A DNA stretch of 64,000 bases from Eledone cirrhosa (GCA_964016885.1 OZ024741.1:259532001-259596000), one strand, 5' to 3'. Numbered from the stretch's first letter, positions 1 to 12,801 are shown. A program made the numbers and translations. Notes: a model not told the origin generated them from the letters alone.

Positions 1-3000
1 GTAAATCAGAACACCCGCAAGTCAGAACACTCGTAAATCAGAACACTCTTAAGTCGAAACTCACGTACGCCGAAACACTCGTAAGTCGAAACACTCGTAA
101 GTCGAAACATCCTTAAGTCGAAACACTCGTACACCGAAACACTCGTAAGTATAAACATTAGTAAGTCGAAACACTCGTATGTCGAAACACTCGTAAACCG
201 AAACACTCGTAAGTCGGAACACTCGTAAGTCAGAACACTCGTAAGTCAGAACACTCGTAATTCGAAACACTCATAAGTCGAAACACTCGTAAGTCGAAAC
301 ACTCGTAAGTCGGAACACTCGTAAGTCGGAACACTCGTAAGTCAGAACACTCGTAAGTCAGAACACTCGTAAGTCAGAACACTCGTAAGTCAGAACACTC
401 GTAAGTCGAAACACTCGTATCGAAACACTCGTATGTCAAAACACCCGTAAGTCAAAACACTCGTAAGTCGAAACACTCGTAAGTCGAAACATTCGTATGT
501 CGAAACATCCGTAAATCAGAACACTCGTAAGTCGAAACACTCGTAAGTCGAAACACTCGTAAGCCGAAACACTCGTAAGTCGAAGCACTCGTATCGAAAC
601 ACTCGTAAGTCGAAACACCCTTAAGTCAAAACACTCGTAAGCCAAAACACTCGTAAGTCGAAACACTCGTAAGTCGGAACACTCGTAAGTCAGAACACTC
701 GTAAGTCAGAACACTCGTAAGTGGAAACACGCGTAAGTCGAAACACTCATAAGTCGAAACACTCGTAAGTCGAAACACCCGTAAGTCGAAACACCCGTAA
801 GTCGAAACACTCGTATGTCGAATAACTCGTAAGCCGAAACACCGTAAGTCAAAACACTCGTAAGTCGAAACACTCGTAAGTCGAAACACCCATAAGCCGA
901 AACACTCGTAAGCCAAAACATTCGTAAGTCGAAACACTCGTAAACCGAAACACTCGTAAGCCAAAACATTCGTAAGTCGAAACACTCGTAAGTCGAAACA
1001 CCCATAGCCGAAACACTCGTAAGTCTGAACACACGTAAGTCAGAACAGCCGTAAGTCAGAACACTCGTAAGTCAGAACACTCGTAAGTCAGAACACTCGT
1101 AAGTCAGAGCACTCGTATCGAAACACTCGTATGTCAAAACACCCGTAAGTCAAAACACTCGTAAGTCGAAACACTCGTAAGTCGAAACACTCGTATGTCG
1201 AAACATCCGTAAATCAGAACACTCGTAAGTCGAAACACTCGTAAGTCGAAACACTCGTAAGCCGAAACACCCGTAAGTCGAAGCACTCGTATCGAAACAC
1301 TCGTAAGTCGAAACACCCTTAAGTCAAAACACTCGTAAGCCAAAACACTCGTAAGTCGAAACACTCGTAAGTCGGAACACTCGTAAGTCAGAACACTCGT
1401 AAGTCAGAACACTCGTAAGTGGAAACAGGCGTAAGTCGAAAGACCCGTAAGTCAAAAATCTCGTAAGTCAAAACACTCGTAAGCCGAAACACTCGTAAGT
1501 CGAAACACTCGTAAGTCGAAACACCCGTAAGTAGGAACACTCGTAAGTCAGAATACTCGTAAGTCAAAACACTCGTAAACCGGAACACCCGTAAGGCAAA
1601 ACATTCGCATGTCGAAACACTCGTAAGTCGAAACACTCGTAAGCCGAAACACTCGTAAGTCGAAACACACGTAAGTCGAAACACTCGTAAGTCGAAACAC
1701 TCGTAAGTCAGTGCACCCGTAAGTCAGAACACTCGTAGTCAGAATACTCGTAAGTCGAAACACTCGTATGTCGAAACACCCGTAAGTCGAAACATCCGTA
1801 AGTCAAAACACTCGTATGTCGAAACACTCGTAAGCCGAAACACTCATAAGTCGAAACACTCGTAAGCCGAAACACCCGTAAGTCAAAACATTCGTAAGTC
1901 AAAACACTCGTAAGTCGAAACACCCGTAAGTCAAAACACTCGTATGTCGAAACACTCGTAAGCCGAAACAACGTAAGTAAAAACACTCGTAAGTCGAAAC
2001 ACCCATAAGTCGAAACACTCGTAAGCCGAAACACTCGTAAGTCGAAACACTCATAAGCCGAAACACTCGTAAGTCGGAACACTCGTAAATCAGAACACCC
2101 GCAAGTCAGAACACTCGTAAATCAGAACACTCTTAAGTCGAAACTCACGTACGCTGAAACACTCGTAAGTCGAAACATCCTTAAGTCGAAACACTCGTAC
2201 ACCGAAACACTCGTAAGTATAAACATTAGTAAGTCGAAACACTCGTAAGCCGAAACACTCGTAAGTCGAAACACCCGTAAATCGAAACACCCGTAAGTCA
2301 AAATACTCGTATGTCGAAACACTCGTAAACCGAAACACTCGTAAGTCGGAACACTCGTAAGTCAGAACACTCGTAAGTCAGAACACTCGTAAGTCGAAAC
2401 ACTCATAAGTCGAAACACTCGTAAGTCGAAACACCCGTAAGTCGAAACCCCCGTAAGTCGAAACACTCGTATGTCGAATAACTCGTAAGCCGAAACACCG
2501 TAAGTCAAAACACTCGTAAGTCAAAACACTCGTAAGTCGAAACACCCATAAGCCGAAACACTCGTAAGCCAAAACATTCGTAAGTCGAAACACTCGTAAA
2601 CCGAAACACTCGTAAGCCAAAACATTCGTAAGTCAAAACACTCGTAAGTCGAAACACCCATAGCCGAAACACTCGTAAGTCGGAACACACGTAAGTCAGA
2701 ACACCCGTAAGTCAGAACACTCGTAAGTCAGAACACTCGTAAGTCAGAGCACTCGTATCGAAACACTCGTATGTCAAAACACCCGTAAGTCAAAACACTC
2801 GTAAGTCGAAACACTCGTAAGCCGAAACACCGTAAGCCAAAACACTCGTAAGTCGAAACACCCGTAAGTCGGAACACTCGTAAGTCGAAACACTCGTAAG
2901 TCGAAACACTCGTAAGCCGAAACACTCGTAAGCCGAAACACTCGTAAGTCGGAACACTCGTAAGTCGGAACACTCGTAAGTCAGAACACTCGTAAGTCAG

Positions 3001-3187
3001 AACACTCGTAAGTCAGAACACTCGTAAGTCAGAATACTCGTAAGTCGAAACACCCGTAAGTCGAAACACCCGTAAGTCGAAACACTCGTATGTCGAATAA
3101 CTTGTAAGCCGAAACACCGTAAGTCAAAACACTCGTAAGTCGAAACACTCGTAAGCCGAAACACCCGTAAGTCAAAACATTCGTAAG
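1..3187 (+). repeat. Distal half of HOR unit Y (partial copy Y0)
   Basis: Same series of rare variants and ORF-track signatures recurs at offsets +25,618 (6 vs 25624) and +39,674 (6 vs 39680). Confidence 0.9.
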
Positions 3188-4224
3188 TCAAAACACTCGT
3201 AAGTCGAAACACTCGTAAGTCGAAACACTCGTAAGCCGAAACAATCGTAAGTCAAAACACTCGTAAGTCGAAACACTCGTAAGCCGAAAATACTCGTAAG
3301 TCGGAACACCCGTAAGCCGAAACCCTCGTAGGTCGGAACACTCGTAAGTCGAAACACTCGTAAGTCGAAACACCCGTAAGTCGAAACACTCGTAAGTCGA
3401 AACACCCGTAAGTCGAAACATCCGTAAGTCAAAACACTCGTATGTCGAAACACTCGTAAGCCGAAACACTCGTAAGTCGGAACACTCGCAAGTCAGAACA
3501 CTCGTAAGTCAGAACACTCGTAAGTCAGAACACTCGTAAGTCGAAACATTCGTAAGTCGAAACACCCGTAAGTCGAAACGCCCGTAAGTCAAAACACTCG
3601 TATGTCAAAACACTCGCAAGCCGAAAAACCGTAAGTCAAAACACTCGTAAGTCGAAACACTCGTAAATCGAAACACTCGTAAGCCGAAACACTCGTAAGC
3701 GAAAAAATTCGTTAGTCGAAACACTCGTAACCCGAAACACTCGTAAGTCGAAACACTCGAAAGCCGAAACACTCGTAAGTCGAAACACTCATAAGCCGAA
3801 ACACTCGTAAGTCGGAACACTCGTAAGTCAGAACACCCGTAAATCAGAACACTCGTAGTCAGAACACTCGTAAGTCGAAACACTCGTAAGCCGAAACACT
3901 CGCAAGTCGAAGCACTCGTAATCCGAAACACTCTTAAGTCGAAACACTCGTAAGTCGGAACACTCGTAAGTCAGAACACTCGTAAGTCAGAACACTCGTA
4001 AGTCGAAACACTCGTAAGCCGAAACATCCGTAAGTCAAAACATCCGTAAGTCAAAACATTCGTAAGTCGAAACACCCGTAGTCGAAACACTCGCAAGTCG
4101 AAACACTCGTAAGTCGAAACACGCGTAAGTCGAAACACATGTAAGTCAAAACACTCGTAAGTCAAAACACTCGTAAGCCGAAACACTCGTAAGTCGAAAC
4201 ACTCGTAAGTCGAAACACTCGTAA

Positions 4225-4301
4225 AGCGAAACGTATAAATAAATATTAATGTAATGAATTTGAAAAGCATAGAGATTTGAAACCGCGTCTATTTGTTATT
4301 T
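4225..4301. repeat. 77-bp AT-rich island, type A
   Basis: AGCGAAACGTATAAATAAATATTAATGTAATGAATTTGAAAAGCATAGAGATTTGAAACCGCGTCTATTTGTTATTT (20/77 GC), flanked by TCGTAA on both sides. Confidence 0.95.
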
Positions 4302-5101
4302 TCGTAAGTCGAAACACTCGTAAGCCGAAACACTCGTGAGCCGAAACACTCGTAAGTCGGAACACTCGTAAGTCAGAACACTCGTAAGTCAGAACACTCG
4401 TAAGTTAGAACACTCGTAAGTCAGAACACTCGTAAGTCAGAACACTCGTAAGTCGAAACACTCGTATCGAAACACTCGTATGTCAAAACACCCGTAAGTC
4501 AAAACACTCGTAAGTCGAAACACTCGTAAGTCGAAACACTCGTAAGCCGAAACACTCGTAAGCCGAAACACTCGTAAGTCGGAACACTCGTAAGTCGGAA
4601 CACTCGTAAGTCAGAACACTCGTAAGTCAGAACACTCGTAAGTCAGAACACTCGTAAGTCAGAACACTCGTAAGTCGAAACACTCGTATCGAAACACTCG
4701 TATGTCAAAACACCCGTAAGTCAAAACACTTGTAAGTCGAAACACTCGTAAGTCGAAACACTCGTATGTCGAAACATCCGTAAATCAGAACACTCGTAAG
4801 TCGAAACACTCGTAAGTCGAAACACTCGTAAGCCGAAACACTCGTAAGTCGAAGCACTCGTATCGAAACACTCGTAAGTCGAAACACCCTTAAGTCAAAA
4901 CACTCGTAAGCCAAAACACTCGTAAGTCGAAACACTCGTAAGTCGGAACACTCGTAAGTCAGAACACTCGTAAGTCAGAACACTCGTAAGTGGAAACACG
5001 CGTAAGTCGAAAGACCCGTAAGTCAAAAATCTCGTAAGTCAAAACACTCGTAAGCCGAAACATTCGTAAGTCGAAACACTCGTAAGTCGAAACATTCGTA
5101 A

Positions 5102-5178
5102 AGCGAAACGTATAAATAAAGATTAATGTAATCAACTTGAAAAGCATAGATATTTGAAACCGCGTCTATTTGTTATTT
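5102..5178. repeat. 77-bp island, type B (one private SNP)
   Basis: Diagnostic AAAGATT / AACTTG / AGATATT; private ATCAAC instead of ATGAAC. Confidence 0.95.
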
Positions 5179-6185
5179 TCGTAAGTCGAAACACTCGTAA
5201 GTCAGAACACTCGTAAGTCAGAACACTCTTAAGTCAGAACACTCGTATCGAAACACGTATGTCAAAACACCCGTAAGTCAAAACACCCGTAAGCCGAAAC
5301 CCTCGTAGGTCGGAACACTCGTAAGTCGAAACACTCGTAAGTCGAAACACCCGTAAGTCGAAACACTCGTAAGTCGAAACACCCGTAAGTCGAAACATCC
5401 GTAAGTCAAAACACTCGTATGTCGAAACACTCGTAAGCCGAAACACTCGTAAGTCGGAACACTCGCAAGTCAGAACACTCGTAAGTCAGAACACTCGTAA
5501 GTCGAAACACTCGTAAGTCGAAACACCCGTAAGTCGAAACGCCCGTAAGTCAAAACACTCGTATGTCGAAACACTCGCAAGCCGAAAAACCGTAAGTCAG
5601 AACACTCGTAAGTCGAAACACTCGTAAATCGAAACACTCGTAAGCCGAAACACTCGTAAGCGAAAACATTCGTTAGTCGAAACACTCGTAACCCGAAACA
5701 CTCGTAAGTCGAAACACTCGAAAGCCGAAACACTCGTAAGTCGAAACACTCATAAGCCGAAACACTCGTAAGTCGGAACACTCGTAAGTCAGAACACCCG
5801 TAAATCAGAACACTCGTAGTCAGAACACTCGTAAGTCGAAACACTCGTAAGCCGAAACACTCGCAAGTCGAAGCACTCGTAATCCGAAACACTCTTAAGT
5901 CGAAACACTCGTAAGTCGGAACACTCGTAAGTCAGAACACTCGTAAGTCAGAACACTCGTAAGTCGAAACACTCGTAAGCCGAAACATCCGTAAGTCAAA
6001 ACATCCGTAAGTCAAAACATTCGTAAGTCGAAACACCCGTAGTCGAAACACTCGCAAGTCGAAACACTCGTAAGTCGAAACACGCGTAAGTCGAAACACA
6101 TGTAAGTCAAAACACTCGTAAGTCAAAACACTCGTAAGCCGAAACACTCGTAAGTCGAAACACTCGTAAGTCGAAACACTCGTAA

Positions 6186-6262
6186 AGCGAAACGTATAAA
6201 TAAATATTAATGTAATGAATTTGAAAAGCATAGAGATTTGAAACCGCGTCTATTTGTTATTT
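6186..6262. repeat. 77-bp island, type A
   Basis: Matches 4225-4301. Confidence 0.95.
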
Positions 6263-7062
6263 TCGTAAGTCGAAACACTCGTAAGCCGAAACACTCGTGA
6301 GCCGAAACACTCGTAAGTCGGAACACTCGTAAGTCAGAACACTCGTAAGTCAGAACACTCGTAAGTTAGAACACTCGTAAGTCAGAACACTCGTAAGTCA
6401 GAACACTCGTAAGTCGAAACACTCGTATCGAAACACTCGTATGTCAAAACACCCGTAAGTCAAAACACTCGTAAGTCGAAACACTCGTAAGTCGAAACAC
6501 TCGTAAGCCGAAACACTCGTAAGCCGAAACACTCGTAAGTCGGAACACTCGTAAGTCGGAACACTCGTAAGTCAGAACACTCGTAAGTCAGAACACTCGT
6601 AAGTCAGAACACTCGTAAGTCAGAACACTCGTAAGTCGAAACACTCGTATCGAAACACTCGTATGTCAAAACACCCGTAAGTCAAAACACTCGTAAGTCG
6701 AAACACTCGTAAGTCGAAACACTCGTATGTCGAAACATCTGTAAATCAGAACACTCGTAAGTCGAAACACTCGTAAGTCGAAACACTCGTAAGCCGAAAC
6801 ACTCGTAAGTCGAAGCACTCGTATCGAAACACTCGTAAGTCGAAACACCCTTAAGTCAAAACACTCGTAAGCCAAAACACTCGTAAGTCGAAACACTCGT
6901 AAGTCGGAACACTCGTAAGTCAGAACACTCGTAAGTCAGAACACTCGTAAGTGGAAACACGCGTAAGTCGAAAGACCCGTAAGTCAAAAATCTCGTAAGT
7001 CAAAACACTCGTAAGCCGAAACACTCGTAAGTCGAAACACTCGTAAGTCGAAACATTCGTAA

Positions 7063-7139
7063 AGCGAAACGTATAAATAAAGATTAATGTAATGAACTTG
7101 AAAAGCATAGATATTTGAAACCGCGTCTATTTGTTATTT
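7063..7139. repeat. 77-bp island, type B
   Basis: Three B-diagnostic bases present. Confidence 0.95.
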
Positions 7140-8243
7140 TCGTAAGTCGAAACACTCGTAAGTCAGAACACTCGTAAGTCAGAACACTCGTATCGAAACA
7201 CGTATGTCAAAACACCCGTAAGTCAAAACACTCGTAAGTCGAAACACTCGTAAGTCGAAACACTCGTAAGCCGAAACAATCGTAAGTCAAAACACTCGTA
7301 AGTCGAAACACTCGTAAGCCGAAAATACTCGTAAGTCGGAACACCCGTAAGCCGAAACCCTCGTAGGTCGGAACACTCGTAAGTCGAAACACTCTTAAGT
7401 CGAAACACCCGTAAGTCGAAACACTCGTAAGTCGAAACACCCGTAAGTCGAAACATCCGTAAGTCAAAACACTCGTATGTCGAAACACTCGTAAGCCGAA
7501 ACACTCGTAAGTCGGAACACTCGCAAGTCAGAACACTCGTAAGTCAGAACACTCGTAAGTCGAAACACTCGTAAGTCGAAACACCCGTAAGTCGAAACGC
7601 CCGTAAGTCAAAACACTCGTATGTCGAAACACTCGCAAGCCGAAAAACCGTAAGTCAAAACACTCGTAAGTCGAAACACTCGTAAATCGAAACACTCGTA
7701 AGCCGAAACACTCGTAAGCGAAAACATTCGTTAGTCGAAACATTCGTAACCCGAAACACTCGTAAGTCGAAACACTCGAAAGCCGAAACACTCATAAGTC
7801 GAAACACTCATAAGCCGAAACACTCGTAAGTCGGAACACTCGTAAGTCAGAACACCCGTAAATCAGAACACTCGTAGTCAGAACACTCGTAAGTCGAAAC
7901 ACTCGTAAGCCGAAACACTCGCAAGTCGAAGCACTCGTTATCCGAAACACTCTTAAGTCGAAACACTCGTAAGTCGGAACACTCGTAAGTCAGAACACTC
8001 GTAAGTCAGAACACTCGTAAGTCGAAACACTCGTAAGCCGAAACATCCGTAAGTCAAAACATCCGTAAGTCAAAACATTCGTAAGTCGAAACACCCGTAG
8101 TCGAAACACTCGCAAGTCGAAACACTCGTAAGTCGAAACACGCGTAAGTCGAAACACATGTAAGTCAAAACACTCGTAAGTCAAAACACTCGTAAGCCGA
8201 AACACTCGTAAGTCGAAACACTCGTAAGTCGAAACACTCGTAA

Positions 8244-8320
8244 AGCGAAACGTATCAATAAAGATTAATGTAATGAATTTGAAAAGCATAGAGATTTGAA
8301 ACCGCGTCTATTTGTTATTT
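8244..8320. repeat. 77-bp island, type C (A/B mosaic)
   Basis: B-type AAAGATT with A-type GAATTT and AGAGATT, plus TATCAATA. Confidence 0.93.
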
Positions 8321-9136
8321 TCGTAAGTCGAAACACTCGTAAGCCGAAACACTCGTGAGCCGAAACACTCGTAAGTCGGAACACTCGTAAGTCAGAACAC
8401 TCGTAAGTCAGAACACTCGTAAGTTAGAACACTCGTAAGTCAGAACACTCGTAAGTCAGAACACTCGTAAGTCGAAACACTCGTATCGAAACACTCGTAT
8501 GTCAAAACACCCGTAAGTCAAAACACTCGTAAGTCGAAACACTCGTAAGTCGAAACACTCGTAAGCCGAAACACTCGAAAGCCGAAACACTCGTAAGTCG
8601 GAACACTCGTAAGTCGGAACACTCGTAAGTCAGAACACTCGTAAGTCAGAACACTCGTAAGTCAGAACACTCGTAAGTCAGAACACTCGTAAGTCGAAAC
8701 ACTCGTATCGAAACACTCGTATGTCAAAACACCCGTAAGTCAAAACACTCGTAAGTCGAAACACTCGTAAGTCGAAACACTCGTATGTCGAAACATCCGT
8801 AAATCAGAACACTCGTAAGTCGAAACACTCGTAAGTCGAAACACTCGTAAGCCGAAACACTCGTAAGTCGAAGCACTCGTATCGAAACACTCGTAAGTCG
8901 AAACACCCTTAAGTCAAAACACTCGTAAGCCAAAACACTCGTAAGTCGAAACACTCGTAAGTCGGAACACTCGTAAGTCAGAACACTCGTAAGTCAGAAC
9001 ACTCGTAAGTGGAAACACGCGTAAGTCGAAAGACCCGTAAGTCAAAAATCTCGTAAGTCAAAACACTCGTATGCCGAAACACTCGTAAGTCGAAACACTC
9101 GTAAGTCGAAACACTCGTAAGTCGAAACATTCGTAA

Positions 9137-9213
9137 AGCGAAACGTATAAATAAAGATTAATGTAATGAACTTGAAAAGCATAGATATTTGAAACCGCGT
9201 CTATTTGTTATTT
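9137..9213. repeat. 77-bp island, type B
   Basis: Three B-diagnostic bases present. Confidence 0.95.
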
Positions 9214-10727
9214 TCGTAAGTCGAAACACTCGTAAGTCAGAACACTCGTAAGTCAGAACACTCTTAAGTCAGAACACTCGTATCGAAACACGTATGTCAA
9301 AACACCCGTAAGTCAAAACACTCGTAAGTCGAAACACTCGTAAGTCGAAACACTCGTAAGCCGAAACAATCGTAAGTCAAAACACTCGTAAGTCGAAACA
9401 CTCGTAAGCCGAAAATACTCGTAAGTCGGAACACCCGTAAGCCGAAACCCTCGTAGGTCGGAACACTCGTAAGTCAAAACACTCGTAAGTCGAAACACCC
9501 GTAAGTCGAAACACTCGTAAGTCGAAACACCCGTAAGTCGAAACATCCGTAAGTCAAAACACTCGTATGTCGAAACACTCGTAAGCCGAAACACTCGTAA
9601 GTCAGAACACTCGTAAGTCAGAACACTCGTAAGTCGAAACACTCATAAGTCGAAACACTCGTAAGTCGAAACACCCGTAAGTCGAAACACCCGTAAGTCG
9701 AAACACTCGTATGTCGAATAACTCGTAAGCCGAAACACCGTAAGTCAAAACACTCGTAAGTCGAAACACTCGTAAGTCGAAACACCCATAAGCCGAAACA
9801 CTCGTAAGCCAAAACATTCGTAAGTCGAAACACTCGTAAACCGAAACACTCGTAAGCCAAAACATTCGTAAGTCGAAACACTCGTAAGTCGAAACACCCA
9901 TAGCCGAAACACTCGTAAGTCTGAACACACGTAAGTCAGAACAGCCGTAAGTCAGAACACTCGTAAGTCAGAACACTCGTAAGTCAGAACACTCGTAAGT
10001 CAGAGCACTCGTATCGAAACACTCGTATGTCAAAACACCCGTAAGTCAAAACACTCGTAAGTCGAAACACTCGTAAGCCGAAACACCGTAAGCCAAAACA
10101 CTCGTAAGTCGAAACACCCGTAAGTCGGAACACTCGTAAGTCGAAACACTCGTAAGTCGAAACACTCGTAAGCCGAAACACTCGTAAGCCGAAACACTCG
10201 TAAGTCGGAACACTCGTAAGTCGGAACACTCGTAAGTCAGAACACTCGTAAGTCAGAACACTCGTAAGTCAGAACACTCGTAAGTCAGAACACTCGTAAG
10301 TCGAAACACTCGTATCGAAACACTCGTATGTCAAAACACCCGTAAGTCAAAACACTCGTAAGTCGAAACACTCGTAAGTCGAAACACTCGTATGTCGAAA
10401 CATCCGTAAATCAGAACACTCGTAAGTCGAAACACTCGTAAGTCGAAACACTCGTAAGCCGAAACACTCGTAAGTCGAAGCACTCGTATCGAAACACTCG
10501 TAAGTCGAAACACCCTTAAGTCAAAACACTCGTAAGCCAAAACACTCGTAAGTCGAAACACTCGTAAGTCGGAACACTCGTAAGTCAGAACACTCGTAAG
10601 TCAGAACACTCGTAAGTGGAAACACGCGTAAGTCGAAAGACCCGTAAGTCAAAAATCTCTTAAGTCAAAACACTCGTAAGCCGAAACACTCGTAAGTCGA
10701 AACACTCGTAAGTCGAAACATTCGTAA

Positions 10728-10804
10728 AGCGAAACGTATAAATAAAGATTAATGTAATGAACTTGAAAAGCATAGATATTTGAAACCGCGTCTATTTGTT
10801 ATTT
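10728..10804. repeat. 77-bp island, type B
   Basis: Three B-diagnostic bases present. Confidence 0.95.
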
Positions 10805-11924
10805 TCGTAAGTCGAAACACTCGTAAGTCAGAACACTCGTAAGTCAGAACACTCTTAAGTCAGAACACTCGTATCGAAACACGTATGTCAAAACACCCGT
10901 AAGTCAAAACACTCGTAAGTCGAAACACTCGTAAGTCGAAACACTCGTAAGCCGAAACAATCGTAAGTCAAAACACTCGTAAGTCGAAACACTCGTAAGC
11001 CGAAAATACTCGTAAGTCGGAACACCCGTAAGCCGAAACCCTCGTAGGTCGGAACACTCGTAAGTCGAAACACTCGTAAGTCGAAACACCCGTAAGTCGA
11101 AACACTCGTAAGTCGAAACACCCGTAAGTCGAAACATCCGTAAGTCAAAACACTCGTATGTCGAAACACTCGTAAGCCGAAACACTCGTAAGTCGGAACA
11201 CTCGCAAGTCAGAACACTCGTAAGTCAGAACACTCGTAAGTCGAAACACTCGTAAGTCGAAACACCCGTAAGTCGAAACGGCCGTAAGTCAAAACACTCG
11301 TATGTCGAAACACTCGCAAGCCGAAAAACCGTAAGTCAAAACACTCGTAAGTCGAAACACTCGTAAATCGAAACACTCGTAAGCCGAAACACTCGTAAGC
11401 GAAAACATTCGTTAGTCGAAACACTCGTATCCCGAAACACTCGTAAGTCGAAACACTCGAAAGCCGAAACACTCGTAAGTCGAAACACTCATAAGCCGAA
11501 ACACTCGTAAGTCGGAACACTCGTAAGTCAGAACACCCGTAAATCAGAACACTCGTAGTCAGAACACTCGTAAGTCGAAACACTCGTAAGCCGAAACACT
11601 CGCAAGTCGAAGCACTCGTAATCCGAAACACTCTTAAGTCGAAACACTCGTAAGTCGGAACACTCGTAAGTCAGAACACTCGTAAGTCAGAACACTCGTA
11701 AGTCGAAACACTCGTAAGCCGAAACATCCGTAAGTCAAAACATCCGTAAGTCAAAACATTCGTAAGTCGAAACACCCGTAGTCGAAACACTCGCAAGTCG
11801 AAACACTCGTAAGTCGAAACACGCGTAAGTCGAAACACATGTAAGTCAAAACACTCGTAAGTCAAAACACTCGTAAGCCGAAACACTCGTAAGTCGAAAC
11901 ACTCGTAAGTCGAAACACTCGTAA

Positions 11925-12001
11925 AGCGAAACGTATAAATAAATATTAATGTAATGAATTTGAAAAGCATAGAGATTTGAAACCGCGTCTATTTGTTATT
12001 T
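11925..12001. repeat. 77-bp island, type A
   Basis: Matches 4225-4301. Confidence 0.95.
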
Positions 12002-12801
12002 TCGTAAGTCGAAACACTCGTAAGCCGAAACACTCGTGAGCCGAAACACTCGTAAGTCGGAACACTCGTAAGTCAGAACACTCGTAAGTCAGAACACTCG
12101 TAAGTTAGAACACTCGTAAGTCAGAACACTCGTAAGTCAGAACACTCGTAAGTCGAAACACTCGTATCGAAACACTCGTATGTCAAAACACCCGTAAGTC
12201 AAAACACTCGTAAGTCGAAACACTCGTAAGTCGAAACACTCGTAAGCCGAAACACTCGTAAGCCGAAACACTCGTAAGTCGGAACACTCGTAAGTCGGAA
12301 CACTCGTAAGTCAGAACACTCGTAAGTCAGAACACTCGTAAGTCAGAACACTCGTAAGTCAGAACACTCGTAAGTCGAAACACTCGTATCGAAGCACTCG
12401 TATGTCAAAACACCCGTAAGTCAAAACACTCGTAAGTCGAAACACTCGTAAGTCGAAACACTCGTATGTCGAAACATCCGTAAATCAGAACACTCGTAAG
12501 TCGAAACACTCGTAAGTCGAAACACTCGTAAGCCGAAACACTCGTAAGTCGAAGCACTCGTATCGAAACACTCGTAAGTCGAAACACCCTTAAGTCAAAA
12601 CACTCGTAAGCCAAAACACTCGTAAGTCGAAACACTCGTAAGTCGGAACACTCGTAAGTCAGAACACTCGTAAGTCAGAACACTCGTAAGTGGAAACACG
12701 CGTAAGTCGAAAGACCCGTAAGTCAAAAATCTCGTAAGTCAAAACACTCGTAAGCCGAAACACTCGTAAGTCGAAACACTCGTAAGTCGAAACATTCGTA
12801 A

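Noticed and set aside
760-815. CENP-B box-like motif on the minus strand of CACCC variants (TTTCGACTTACGGGT)
   Set aside because: The canonical box is TTCG-N4-A-N2-CGGG; here CGGG follows the A directly, 2 bp short, so it is not a valid box.
4225-4301. Island as an active MITE or SINE
   Set aside because: No convincing TIRs, Pol III boxes or poly(A). All copies share one site, orientation and flanking variants, consistent with passive amplification of one event.
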